A stretch of 64,000 bases of DNA from contig NIVC01001196.1 in the NCBI GenBank assembly GCA_002269645.1, forward strand, positions 1-64,000, written 5' to 3'. Positions 23,501-33,195 of the stretch are shown here, piece after piece. The notes under the pieces are model-generated. The model saw only the letters and a list, made by a program, of their open reading frames with translations, did not search any database and had not been told where the DNA came from. The position numbers and the translations under genes were made by a program. Origin of the DNA: Macrostomum lignano (Eukaryota). The stretch's first letter is position 1. Each line of letters begins with the position of its first letter.

Positions 23501-26044
23501 TCTTGGCGCCATTCTGATGCTTCTGTGAAAAGTAGCATTGTACGACTTCACTAACTTTGGCAGCACATCTACCCAGTGCAGAGTGCTGTTGTGAGTGAAG
23601 TATCGCCACATTTTATTCTTCAAAGTTCGGTTCCATCTTTCTACAATCGCTGCTTTCTGCTCGCTGTTTGTTTTAAACGCTAAAATGCCATTCTCTATGC
23701 AGCTCTGTCGAAAGCTTGAGTTGACAAATTCTTTCCCCTGATCTGAACGAACTGTTCGCGGCCTGCGCTTCGTTCTCTTCAAAATTGCCTCGAAAGCAGA
23801 CCGCACTTCTCCTGCTGATTTATTCTTTAGTGGCTTGGCCCAAGCAAACTTTGACAGCACATCGATGCATGTGAGGATATACTTGTATCCGTGATTGTAC
23901 TTTGCGAACGGAATCATTTCTACCAGATCCAGTTCCCACTGATCATCCATAGCTCGAACTACAATTGGTGCTCGGGGATAGTTTCTTCTTGATGGCTTAT
24001 GTAAAGTGTAAACTGCCTGTTCGTTAATCCAATTCTTAACAGATTTTTCTCCCACTTTGATACCTTGTTTTCGAGCCTCATTCAGAAGTTTGTTGCAACC
24101 AGAAAAACTGGCAGGCTGCTCGTGATTAAAGAATATCTTTTCCATTTGCTAAAAAAATCAACTGAGACAGCTTTCTTTCCTAAATGCTTAAGGGCCTGCG
24201 ACGAATAAAGTTTGATAGAACAACAGTGTATTTTACATGCAGTAACATATTATACGCTAAAGCAAGCATTTTAGCGGAGCACAACACAGTGATTCGATTC
24301 AGAACAGTTACAGACAAAACAAAAGGAAACTGAGTAAAGTTTAAATGAAATCAAGTTGTTAGTCAAATTGTTGAAAATGAAGTCACGCGAACTTCTGAAT
24401 AAAATTTGATTTTTTTACCACAATTTTTTCTCGATTATTATAATTTTTATATGCGCATGGTAATCAAAGAAATACAAAATGCGAACTATCGCTGTCATTT
24501 AAAAACAAGTTCACTCATCATCTTCGTCCGAGTTCGGCAGCTCGTCACGGGGTATCCACCTCGGCCTCTTGACCGCATCCTGCCTGCGCAGAGCCCACGG
24601 TTGCTTGCGCTTTCTGCTGTTGTTCACCGCAGCCGCATGAGCCCGGAATTGATACCATACCGGATCTTCTTGCAAGTTTGTGTCCTCTGACGGGATGTTC
24701 AGAGGACAGAGGCGTTGAAGTCACCGGCTCAGTAACGATCGTCAGGTCTGTTGGTGAGCGGGCCTCTTCTTCACCCTCATTCGGCTCAGTCTTGACGGGA
24801 AGCTTCACGGTGACCTCTTCATCGTCGTCAGATGAGCTCAGCTCATAGTTCATTCGCATGCTTTGAGAGAGCTCTGCCAGCTGCTTGTCAAACCAACCGG
24901 AAGCGTGCCACAGTTTTTGCCACAAGAGCGGAGACAGAGGCACTGTGTTGCGTCTCAGAAACTCCTCGCAACAGTCCTCGGGCAGTCGCTTCAACCAAAT
25001 TGTTCCTTGTCTAACCTCAATAAACTTGTCAAAGCCCAATTTCACAACCTTGGTTTCACCGCTTAGAGCAGCCTTCACGAGCGAGCGCTTTACCTCCTTC
25101 AGTTTCGCCCACTGATGCGTATTCAGATTGAAGCCGGGAACTCCAGGCTTGAGGCTGGCGCTGCTGCCATGCCGAAAAAACTTCCTTATGGCGATGAATT
25201 TTTGCCCTTCAAATTCCTGCACCTGTACCTTGTAGCCTTCGCCGATGTCCATGATTCACGTGAAGTCTTCAGAGATTAAAAAGTGAAGTATGATCTTAAA
25301 AATGCTTTTCAAAGCTGGCCCTTTTATATCCTCATGGCGGAGTGGGGTGGGTGCCGGAGGGTGGGTGAATGCTAGGAAAGGGTTGGCCAGTATACATTAG
25401 CCTCCGCCACTCCAGATGCACAGCACTTCACACTGCAGGCACAGTGCTGGGCTGATTTCAATTCAAGCAAGCATATTACAAACATAAAACAGCAGCGGCT
25501 CCACCCAATTTCAGTGGCTTTCACTGCGACAGGCCGAAAGAGTAAGCAAACAAAAACCTGCGAATTGGAAAAATTTTAAAAGCATACGAGCCTATTATAA
25601 TTTCAGTATCTTCTACTATGCATAAATGATTAAAAAACAGTTGCATCTCTATACCATCTCAAAAGTCAGACACAGCCATATACATGCACACTATACGCGC
25701 AGCACCACCATTTATTTTATTCATACGCGCTTCTCGTTTTTCTGCTCCTACCGCTGCTTTATGCTTACATGAAATCCTATACATGTAGTTGCAATGCTCA
25801 TCCTTCCCCCATACCTGCTACTCAGCGAAGGCTTGTAAGTTTTAGGCGATCAGGGCTCTAGGAGCCATCTCTCCAGTACGTAAACCAGTGACGGAATTTC
25901 CACGGAATTTCCTGCGGCCGTGTTCTGCTAACTCCTACTACTTAAAGTTCTTACAAGATTTCCTGCAAACCTTTATTGTTGACGATTTCTGGGACTTTGT
26001 CACTCACCTATTAGTGACAGTAGAATGCAAGCCATTGCCATCAT
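8587..26044 (-). CDS. EGF-TM paralog 1 (exons 26008-26044 signal, 8728-8982 double EGF, 8587-8652), first intron interrupted by the Polinton
   Basis: GT-AG phase-1 junctions give MMAMACILLSLI-AQTQAANCSTVTCYNGGTC...CSCTGRYT-GTRCHL; the downstream TM exon (~8380-8560) is not cleanly in frame. Confidence 0.7.
9007..9411 (+). repeat. Polinton left terminal inverted repeat
   Basis: Reverse complement of 25530-25942; outer ~230 bp identical by eye, inner part with several substitutions and an indel. Confidence 0.95.
9853..9860 (+). promoter_or_regulatory. Candidate TATA box of the Polinton left arm
   Basis: TATAAATA 58 nt upstream of the ATG at 9919. Confidence 0.5.
9919..11010 (+). CDS. Polinton left-arm ORF1 (N-terminal Cys/His cluster, acidic segment, 33-bp Ala-rich repeat); probably exon 1 of a spliced gene
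   Basis: 426-aa ORF 9919-11199; CMTCKKC...HKNC...CWQC; ~10x AAAGVPVGADS; phase-0 donor CAC|GTGAGT at 11011, after which the sequence becomes AT-rich. Confidence 0.65.
11676..12078 (+). CDS. Acidic Trp-repeat exon (DEEDWSES repeats, 24-bp unit)
   Basis: ORF 11697-12146 lacks a natural early ATG; phase-0 acceptor CTTTCAG| at 11675 and phase-1 donor AAG|GTATGA at 12079. Confidence 0.6.
12385..16057 (+). pseudogene. polB: Protein-primed family B DNA polymerase (pPolB), interrupted by two +1 frameshifts (~12920, ~13208) and an in-frame TAG (15161-15163)
   Basis: ExoI VVYADLES, ExoII FHNLKNYD, ExoIII YLQLDV, motif A LDVNNLYG, motif B KLKINSVFGKTMENVR, motif C GDTDS, KLGCVKDE; endonuclease-VII-like DHDHLSGEFRGAACSKCN insert. 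Confidence 0.95.
16784..16789 (-). terminator. Polyadenylation signal directly after the TBP-like stop codon
   Basis: AATAAA on the minus strand 1 nt after TAA 16791-16793, followed by the AT-rich convergence zone 16060-16790. Confidence 0.5.
16791..17363 (-). CDS. TATA-binding-protein (TBP)-fold protein encoded by the Polinton, ~190 aa
   Basis: Both TBP repeats align by eye: VTNLVGGVDL...LPLRELA...YRP...LIKRMRSPRVTLLLYPTGQLSICGAKTHADAKRAARRF and AEYEPESFSALIFKL...LLFHRGSFVLSGAR, versus TBP LQNIVSTVNL...[26 protein letters not shown]...AARKY and SSYEPELFPGLIYRM...LIFVSGKVVLTGAK; ATG at 17363. Confidence 0.9.
   Translation of the reverse strand: MSPPAAALRVTNLVGGVDLRLDGGRGAQLPLRELALSMAHVIYRPVWPRVLIKRMRSPRVTLLLYPTGQLSICGAKTHADAKRAARRFVAMLHRRVPAQLLPHQTICVRIKTITAHGQLSLSSALSLPKLSMNLPKAEYEPESFSALIFKLKFCKCLLFHRGSFVLSGARSFFQLQTDLMRLKRVICNSA
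17032..17868 (-). CDS. Polinton accessory DEDD-like exonuclease-fold protein; domain ends ~17430 and the ORF runs on over the TBP-like gene
   Basis: YIDFQGF...FVVKELA...HHVYAPPYPW...WSDG...VYNLEDLGAP...CAVRN pattern, recalled as typical of Polinton accessory ORFs. Confidence 0.65.
   Translation of the reverse strand: MNYIDFQGFPCNSTSKNFVVKELAVVQIRAGSYRIAHHVYAPPYPWERVSPDMRVYYRQLSKSVHQFKWSDGTRPYMELAEDILSIASGPIWTNGERKSIFLTELLGRQVYNLEDLGAPSTEDSDTGCAVRNSLLHYSWLKPKFCINLRSEQCPWHTSRRFAEEVKDRNEPTSCSPKSDQSGWRSGSEAGWWQGRPAASTGTGSQHGSCDLPARLAPGAHQADAESQSDSATLPYWATEHLRCQDSRRRQKGCPSLRGYAASESAGSTAASSNYLCSN
17898..18590 (-). CDS. Conserved Polinton hypothetical protein (230 aa)
   Basis: MVLIP...GEVEIAGTSIPSSNILDLI...PVGWNEF...L.VP pattern, recalled from Polinton conserved ORFs. 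Confidence 0.75.
   Translation of the reverse strand: MNKFSEMVLIPKAEYEMLMQNLKPNENSTEADLKQAQKKCDDILYAEDYPEDVKTAMYQSAMQSLLAKRKHAGKEGARNAEAKLMKTETPQMSTWEEKISKSVPQKFKTRARSLWTILSTNPELIGVCENGEVEIAGTSIPSSNILDLIQHAVRDSSCEREPVGWNEFIDLLQQKKLNVPLSAVGKSVKKKMVTSRGGELEKEQASLVKGYGSNTAWLKLPARKVYKKVD
18556..18894 (-). CDS. Conserved small basic Polinton protein (112 aa)
   Basis: EACHNLLQNNLSFS...LAKSKEIIRKI...GFIKILPILL pattern; canonical position next to the ATPase. Confidence 0.7.
   Translation of the reverse strand: MEVLDSHEGLFAVLASPKYTVRFKRLLIKNCSKEVRYFLVEACHNLLQNNLSFSLDEKAVLAKSKEIIRKITHQRRKTDLLKAGFIKILPILLKLVKKKKQNEQIFRNGSDS
18937..19584 (-). CDS. A32/FtsK-like genome-packaging ATPase
   Basis: Walker A GPTNAGKT, Walker B LVVFDD, LTQNIF and SRTMSLN...KNPRD motifs; AATAAA overlaps the stop codon. 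Confidence 0.95.
   Translation of the reverse strand: MEEKRVCYDLRLRQGSCMIVCGPTNAGKTTFVKHLIQYRDVMFDVKPGRVLWYYGISQAGHAELSSLGVQLRQGFSTNIEAALRPNDLVVFDDLIEETSNSASMRNFFTGIAHHLPCFLVMLTQNIFFKGKESRTMSLNVMYLAILKNPRDQLQIAALGRQCFTEKPGFLLSVFKHVTAQNRGAYLFLDFHPSTPDELRVRARILPNQRPHLVFA
20163..20571 (-). pseudogene. Adenain-like maturation cysteine protease, degenerate
   Basis: GHWV and IELFNSLG motifs in the expected position after MCP; no Q-x-S-x-x-CG catalytic-Cys motif in any frame; ORF stops at 20242. Confidence 0.65.
20577..21860 (-). CDS. Double jelly-roll major capsid protein (427 aa, intact)
   Basis: LDLFKTPVLQTCIE...HPVNSITANSPIEF...EYTDL...LY; YPYHAYF..L; P.FIMLAFV...AFNG...SPFQFQ; FAFDLTP...G.LRLEIRF. 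Confidence 0.95.
   Translation of the reverse strand: MAYGFNPRLDLFKTPVLQTCIEKATYVDIHPVNSITANSPIEFDCHQSADEYTDLPNSFLYIRCRLVRLDGGLLREDVRDGDGIITERRDSDVHPENFVLSTAFLDVIVSINQRVVSGGDQLYPYHAYFKALMSSSDAQQLKLYPAGFLEPNSAAEEHTESHRESRWMEYAGPLFSDVFQCPVFLLSNLHLHIKLVPSDGAFAIRSPNANNAAYRMEISHSILHLRRVKVVPHISLAHEQGLTNQNALYPIERTEMQNFILPQDIQSKNIEGFTHGKLPKFIMLAFVSHRAFNGHHHASPFQFQSFNLSRLALKKGGETVCHGAFTPENNSFVREYLHYLKSCQSASPTNSVPWIPYQLFSNNTTVFAFDLTPEGAALWYGQKEGNLRLEIRFRQALDEAVSLIAMCLYDSLIEVTKHRELLLDYSS
21863..22234 (-). CDS. Lys/Arg-rich putative core (DNA-condensing) protein
   Basis: ATG 22234 overlaps the mCP TGA; LYGCG motif followed by a long K/R-rich C-terminal half; position between penton and MCP. Confidence 0.65.
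   Translation of the reverse strand: MNYQQLIQQYSGVRTAHEKPALYGCGSFPGIMTYQPPPAATSSSSTLSNVRRKRNTEASPKRLKKKKGTRKATGGNRNKRSSKASGKKLKNRKTKAKKNAAGGGKRKRKVSKKTVKRVLDSLS
22231..23049 (-). CDS. Minor capsid (penton-like) protein
   Basis: INS...TPSDF.FYLSSPIYL...YEAGLAEI.PPAAWFNV; INVHCSIVES...LLRTV; IRVQLRD. Confidence 0.85.
   Translation of the reverse strand: MIIMRTILINSEHAEGTPSDFNFYLSSPIYLDRNVEYEAGLAEIHPPAAWFNVDEPYCFTVSDGREHEALVLQPGRFARVEELVERLNELLANSDSLFFDAMSDRESEMEADESGLMGRSGNREFGMKFEIRNSRTVVHNNTARAELFLPSSKILHWLGFGSQAVKIQPGSRVSEHCIGCPRTSLINVHCSIVESTNCNLGSLLRTVGVNGNIQWGNYLSKIFKKTIFFPIQRISLLHSIRVQLRDIYGCLLIAQTHSPVLLTVQIREKRIQ
23078..24145 (-). CDS. Retroviral-type (rve) integrase with C-terminal chromodomain, intact
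   Basis: YTLHKP; D-D-E residues in WELDLVEM / RSDQGKEF / IVERWNRTLK; YEIEKVL...RYLVKWAGY chromodomain. Confidence 0.95.
   Translation of the reverse strand: MEKIFFNHEQPASFSGCNKLLNEARKQGIKVGEKSVKNWINEQAVYTLHKPSRRNYPRAPIVVRAMDDQWELDLVEMIPFAKYNHGYKYILTCIDVLSKFAWAKPLKNKSAGEVRSAFEAILKRTKRRPRTVRSDQGKEFVNSSFRQSCIENGILAFKTNSEQKAAIVERWNRTLKNKMWRYFTHNSTLHWVDVLPKLVKSYNATFHRSIRMAPRNVCKQNESEVWMNLYDGKAIETLDKVRKPKFSENQTVRISNAPRLFKKGYKANWSEEVYTVVAKAPKHYPYMYKIRDMKGEEIQGLFHEHELQAVPDSQRLYEIEKVLKTQKQRGKIRYLVKWAGYDSTGWVDEKDLRKV
24545..25252 (-). CDS. PC4/Sub1-like ssDNA-binding / coactivator protein with tandem PC4 folds and a Ser/acidic tail
   Basis: DIGEGYKVQVQEFEGQKFIAIRKFF...LKPGVPGFNLNTHQWAKLKE matches the PC4 core (VSVREFKGKVLIDIREYW...[20 protein letters not shown]); second weaker copy VKLGFDKFIEVRQG...VPLSPLLWQKL; then SSSDDDEE. 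Confidence 0.8.
   Translation of the reverse strand: MDIGEGYKVQVQEFEGQKFIAIRKFFRHGSSASLKPGVPGFNLNTHQWAKLKEVKRSLVKAALSGETKVVKLGFDKFIEVRQGTIWLKRLPEDCCEEFLRRNTVPLSPLLWQKLWHASGWFDKQLAELSQSMRMNYELSSSDDDEEVTVKLPVKTEPNEGEEEARSPTDLTIVTEPVTSTPLSSEHPVRGHKLARRSGMVSIPGSCGCGEQQQKAQATVGSAQAGCGQEAEVDTP
25321..25328 (-). promoter_or_regulatory. Candidate TATA box of the Polinton right arm
   Basis: TATAAAAG on the minus strand 69 nt upstream of the PC4-like ATG, with G/C-rich boxes at 25337-25410. Confidence 0.55.
25530..25942 (-). repeat. Polinton right terminal inverted repeat
   Basis: Reverse complement of 9007-9411. Confidence 0.95.
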
Positions 26045-26938
26045 TGATGCTTCTCCGCGCAAAGAGTGACTCACGTATCCTTTACTCTGTAAAACGTACT
26101 TGTTGTCCTTCTCAGTGAATACTCGCACACTGAACCTTTTGTATTTGGAATTCTGCGATATTAGCAGCATCCTTCACGTAAAAGTAGGTAGCTAAGCAAG
26201 CGTTCTTTTAATTACTGCTATTGAATATTTCAAGATCCTTCTTTAGGATTCTGATTGAGAAGCACTGATTTATTTCCCAGCTTAGCTGTCTCCTTCTCTC
26301 TAGTGTACTTTCTTACCTTGACTTCTTCTTACCCTTATCAACTCTCTCACTGCACTTTAATGGTGCGTTCATTTGGTCATGCAGCCAACACTTCATCTCA
26401 CCTCGTCTCTTCTCTCCTCTCCCCACAGTGCACACTTCGCACTCAGTGCTCTCTTAATCCAAAACTTCCCAAGTTCCCAAAACGCCCCAATCTATCCAGG
26501 TTAGTTGCTGGGGAAACAACACCAGAGCTATTCTACATCTACTTGGAATTTGGCTACTTTTGAAAGTGTTCTATACATGAAAAGACTTCTGTCCTGTGAC
26601 TATGCCTTGTATCCTGCACTTTCTGTCCAAAACAAGTAGCAGCGAATGCAAAAAAGTGCTCGACTTAAAATGAGAAACGCGATCCGTTTATTCAGTTGAA
26701 TACAAGCGCAGAAAAAGAACAAAATTAGTTTAGGTCTACAGTGTAAACAGACAAAAGCATTTTAGAGGCTTACTCATAACTTTATCTGACAAGTTGGCTA
26801 AACAGGTCAGAAGATCATAATCAAATATACCGCATAAATTTTGCACTATAAAATGCTGGATTTCGAATCCAGACCCAAATATGCAGTAGATAAGAACTTG
26901 AAAGTTTATTAATTTAGGTACATCTGTCTGAAACATTC

Positions 26939-28452
26939 TCAAGATACTTTAAAGGCTTTGGTACACCAAGCGATGCCGTCCACTTTGACAATCAGCCCAT
27001 CAAACTTGTGGTAATTATCACAGCCGATGTCGATACTCTGAAATAGAGGGTTTGAATTCAAAACTGTTTCAATGTTAAGAGAATCGATGTTATCTATGCT
27101 TCGATCAGCTTTCTTAAATCTGTGGTATTTTTTAAATCCCAAAAGCAGAACACCAGCACTTTATGAGGATACAACCAATAAACTAAACAGATCTTGATTA
27201 CAAAACACAGAAAATGCGAAATCACTTCTCACCTTATAGCAGCAGCTGATTTCAAAACTGCCATTTCCAAATAGTAAAGGCTAGTACAACCTGAGCAGCA
27301 GAACGAATGTCGCACCGATAGCCACTGTTTGCCGACACCAATCTGAGGAAGTTCAGGAGTGTTCGGAATTTCTTAATCGAGCTAACCAGTTTTAATTTGC
27401 ACCAATAAATTTTTTCAACTCTATTCGTTTTAAGTCCACCTACACCCTGCAGCATTAACACGGTTAGATCAAGGCATTTTAAAACCTTTTCTTTACGGCC
27501 TACATAAAGACTAAAAAGATTTTATTTCAAAATCATAAATAGTAATCCCACCGGTTGCAGTGTCGGCAGCATTTTCTAAGTCTAGTTCTGTCGTTGTTGG
27601 TAGTGCAGTCTCAGTTGTAGCAGTCGATGTCGGTGCCGTTATCCCAGCTGTAGCAGTTGATGTTGGTACTGATGTCCCAGCTGTAGCAGTCGATGTCGGT
27701 GCCGTTGTCCCAGCTGTAGCAGTCGATGTCGGTGCTGATGTCCCAGCTGTAGCAGTCGATGTCTGTGCTGATGTCCCAGCTGTAGCAGTCGATGTCGGTG
27801 CTGATGTCCCAGCTGTAGCAGTCGATGTCGGTGCTGATGTCCCAGCTGTAGCAGTCAATGTCGGTGCTGATGTCCCAGCTGTAGCAGTCGATGTCGGTGC
27901 TGATGTCGATTGACTCGAAGTAGTGTCATCAGAGGTTGTCACGGTTTCGTTGCAACAATTTCCTGAAAAATTCGTTCATAAAAAATTTGCATTAGAATGA
28001 AACATTTGCTAATATTTCAACCTAACTAATACAAACCTGTGTACTCAGGTGGGCAGGTGCAATTGAAATAGGGATCAGTATAGGTCAGAGTGCAGTTGCC
28101 GTCATTCAGGCACACAGGCAGCTCAGTGATGCCCTTGTCAGGCTGCAGGGTGAAGCAGTAGTCTGCAGCTGATTCGCAGTACGGTGCGATGTAGGGCAGC
28201 GGGCAGAGGCAGGGTGGACTGTCTGTGAAGTTGTTGCAGGTGCCGCCGTTGTAGCAGGTGACTGTTGAGCAGTTCGCAGCTTGTGATGGCGCTGCGAATG
28301 AATTAGTAAGAAAATAGAGTCTTACAAATAAGGCTGAATGGTTGCATGAATAAATGTACTAATTAATAAAATCGCAGCAGAATCTGAACATGCTTACCAG
28401 CTAAATATAGAAAAAGTATACATACTTTAGTCCCATTGGAAACAGTGGACAT
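26939..28452 (-). CDS. EGF-TM paralog 2 (exons 28398-28452 signal, 28037-28291 double EGF, 27552-27962 Thr-rich stalk with 33-bp repeats, probable TM/tail exons ~26939-27350)
   Basis: Phase-1 GT-AG junctions; MSTVSNGTKVCILFLYLA; the next exon starts GNCCNET, completing the EGF; TSAPTSTATAG repeats; 3' exons uncertain. Confidence 0.7.
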
Positions 28453-28895
28453 AACTGACTTGACTCGTATTGTCCAGAGAATAGCAATTGAAAACGCAGG
28501 AACTTTGTTATAACCAGAAAACACAAGCTATTTGGAATCGCTTAAAATGAAATCCGGATATCTATATGTACTGTTTTAGTGTACTGGTAGCTACACGATT
28601 TTTCATCTCTTTTGGTTATTGGCTACAGTCTGGTTTTGCGCGTTAATCCTGTATAAAACGGAAAGCATTCAATGCGCATGTCTTACTGGCTTGAGTAGTA
28701 AATCAATACATAAAACAATAGAGATCAGATGCAATGAAAATAGAATGTCTTGCCGAATTTCCGATTTTTAGAAAATGGTAAAAAAAGCATCTAGCGCGTG
28801 TGCTTAGTAGCCAATTGGTGATACGAACGCAGATCATGTACTAGATCAAATCACGGGAGTCCATCGAGCAAGTTGCTATTAGAGCTTGAAGCAAA

Positions 28896-30430
<1,535 letters not shown>

Positions 30431-32187
30431 CTTTGAAATTAAATACTAGCGTGAATAAGTACCAGTACGGATCGTGTTGCTTGAAACAGAATAAAGTTTT
30501 TGTGCCGTTTGAATTTAGCCAGTTCGACCTACCGTGAATTTTGTTAACATGTTTGTTTGCGCGTGCATTCAATGGCATGTTATTTAAAGCATTGAACTTT
30601 CTGCACAGAAACGGCATTATAAATGAAGCATGAGGAAACATGGCCAAGTTATTGCACTCATAAATGTCTCAATGGAAAATTTTCTCACCCACAAACCATC
30701 CTGCGATCAGGAGGCAAACCAGCAGAGATACGGAAGTATTAACATGTAAATTTATTGTCATGCTTTACATGTACTACCAGTTTTTACCCTAGATATTTTT
30801 CATAAAGGAACAAACGTTGGTACGTCGTTATGTTTTGGCGGAATGGGTACGAAAAAATTGAAATAAAGCTCGTTAAATTCTCAACCAACTCTACCTTACT
30901 TTCCTAATCTCGTTTACTATTTTTCTCTATTTCTTATATTGTGGCATCCTTCTTAAAAAATAGACGTTTTGTCAATAGACACTTCATCCTGAGTCACACT
31001 GTACGTGCCGTTCTAAAATTGTGCTTGATGCTGTCTATTATTACAGACTGCTCCATGAACTCTCTGCTGGCTCCGCATTGGATGAGCAATAAACTAACAG
31101 GCTATTTTATCTTTACTTTGCTGCGCTGCTGTACTTCAGCATCGTTGATGCTTGGAGAGAGAGAGACAGAATAAGAAACAGAATTAAAGGCATAGCATGT
31201 ACGCTCTAGTAAAAAAGACACACTTGGTAGCATCGGACCAACAGTATTAACCAACAGGATTACGGAAAAAATAATTTTTAAGAAATCGTCAAGCCGTATA
31301 GGAGGGGACTGATCAGCTCACTGGAAAACTGGTCTGACGACCCCCCAACTACGACACAGAGAGTGTACATGCCTGACGATTAGAAAGTCAGGACCGTTGT
31401 ACACCCTATGTGAGCTTGCGTGTGCATGAGTGCGTGCCTGTGTACAGTATTGGCGCGCTTGCATGTGCTCAGGAGTCAGCGGAATGGGCAGAATTGGCTC
31501 AGTGCTGCTTGTGGCAAGGGTGTCCTCAATCAGAATTTTAAGCAATGCAGACCTAGAACATGCACGCGTCATTGGGTCTCTTGGTATCAATTAATTTCCA
31601 TCGATATTGTAGTCTGGTTGAAACTGGATTAAAATAACTGTTTTACGAGCCTCGTAGAAACTTACAAGAGTGATTTTAAGTACAACAACTCCGATTTTTA
31701 AGTTTTCATTTTTTATATTGTAAGCACATTTAAAATAAATAGGTTCGTAATTTTAACCGCCTTGGAACCTCTTGCCAAAATGGTCTGTTCTTTACCAACT
31801 ACTCAATGTTTGCATTGGCTTCAAAGAAAAGCAGTCGTTGTACGTTGTGCTTTGTTTCTAAGACGTTTATTCTAAAGAATATTAAGGTCAAAAAACTAAG
31901 TCCAAAGGGCTTTTTAGCGAAAGAAAATAAAAGACAGAAAGAGAAGACAGTTTATTGATTTTGACACGATATTTAGATATAAACTGTACACGAAAATCGC
32001 TTTCGTTCACGGTCGACCCTGTCTCACGGGTAGTTTTGCACCTGCTCTCAACGAGACCGCAGGTCCGCTAAGCTAGATTGAGTACTCTGCCCTTAGTGCA
32101 GTACTTTGATTGCCTTAGATTAATTTTTGTAAAAACTCAAATCTTTACGAGCGTATAAAGTCAATCATGACAGAGTTTTACTGATCT

Positions 32188-33195
32188 TCAACTGCAGCAA
32201 CGCCAGCAGCAGCGGCAGCAGGCCCTGCACTCGCAGCTGTGTGACTTTGCATTCGGTTCCTCTGTAGGGTCTGTAGCCTTCTGTAACAGTAAAATGTGAG
32301 ACGGTGCAAGCTACTAAAAGGAAAAAAAAGACAACCGCAAATTTTCATTCTCAAAAACTCACCTCAGTTCTTCCGGTTGCGCAAATGTAGAGAAAAAAGC
32401 TGCAAAGGACGATGAACAGGACAGGTGCGCACACACCAATCACTACCTTGCTGGTTGTAGTCAGGCCGCTGTCTTGAGGAGATTATGAATAATAGCATTC
32501 ACTTTTCATCTTTCTTAACTTGAAAATGGCACAATTTTTAATTTTAGGAACCAAATTGATTACCACAATCGTAGAGGCAGTAGGTCCTTTCGTTCGATTC
32601 TGCATTCAAAACTTTATCACTGCATCTGATGCCTTAGTAAGAGGTAAAAGAGTTTAAAAGCATTTTAATGGAGATTTTGTGCAGTAACAGGATTTTGCAA
32701 TATGATAATATTTAAAAAAATTACCAGTATAACCGGTAGGGCAGCTGCAGTTAAAGTACGGATCGGTGTAAGTCAGAGTGCAGGTGCCGCCATTCTGGCA
32801 CACAGGCAGCTCAGTGATGTTCTTGTCAGGCTGCAGGGTGAAGCAGTAGTCTGCAGCTGATTCGCAGTAAGGTGCGATGTAGGGCAGCGGGCAGAGGCAG
32901 GCCGGGCTGACTGTGTAGTTGTTGCAGGTGCCGCCGTTGTAGCAGGTGACTGTTGAGCAGTCCGCTGCCTGAGTTGGTGCTGCAAATTTTTATCATTTTC
33001 ATTTTTTGGCAAGCTTTTATCACACAGTAACTGTGAAAATTCAAGTTCAAGAAGTGAAATTGAAGAATTCGATTACGCTCGTATTTTATTCTACAAAGAA
33101 GATTATGAAGATGGTGCTTGGCTTAACTTACCAATTGCAAAAGATGATAAAACATGCAGACTGCCGGCAATGCCAATTAGCTGCAGTGCTCTCAT
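32188..33195 (-). CDS. EGF-TM paralog 4, complete (exons 33132-33195, 32725-32979, 32564-32632, 32363-32472, 32188-32280)
   Basis: All junctions are GT-AG and phase-compatible; signal MRALQLIGIAGSLHVLSSFAI; TM VVIGVCAPVLFIVLCSFFLYIC; tail ends CECRACCRCCWRCCS*. Confidence 0.8.

Larger units (their letters stand above)
9007..25942. mobile_element. Complete Polinton/Maverick (adintovirus-like endogenous virus), 16.9 kb
   Basis: TIRs starting AGTAGTAGG and ending CCTACTACT; encodes pPolB, rve integrase, MCP, mCP, packaging ATPase and a protease remnant; two convergent gene arms. Confidence 0.98.
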
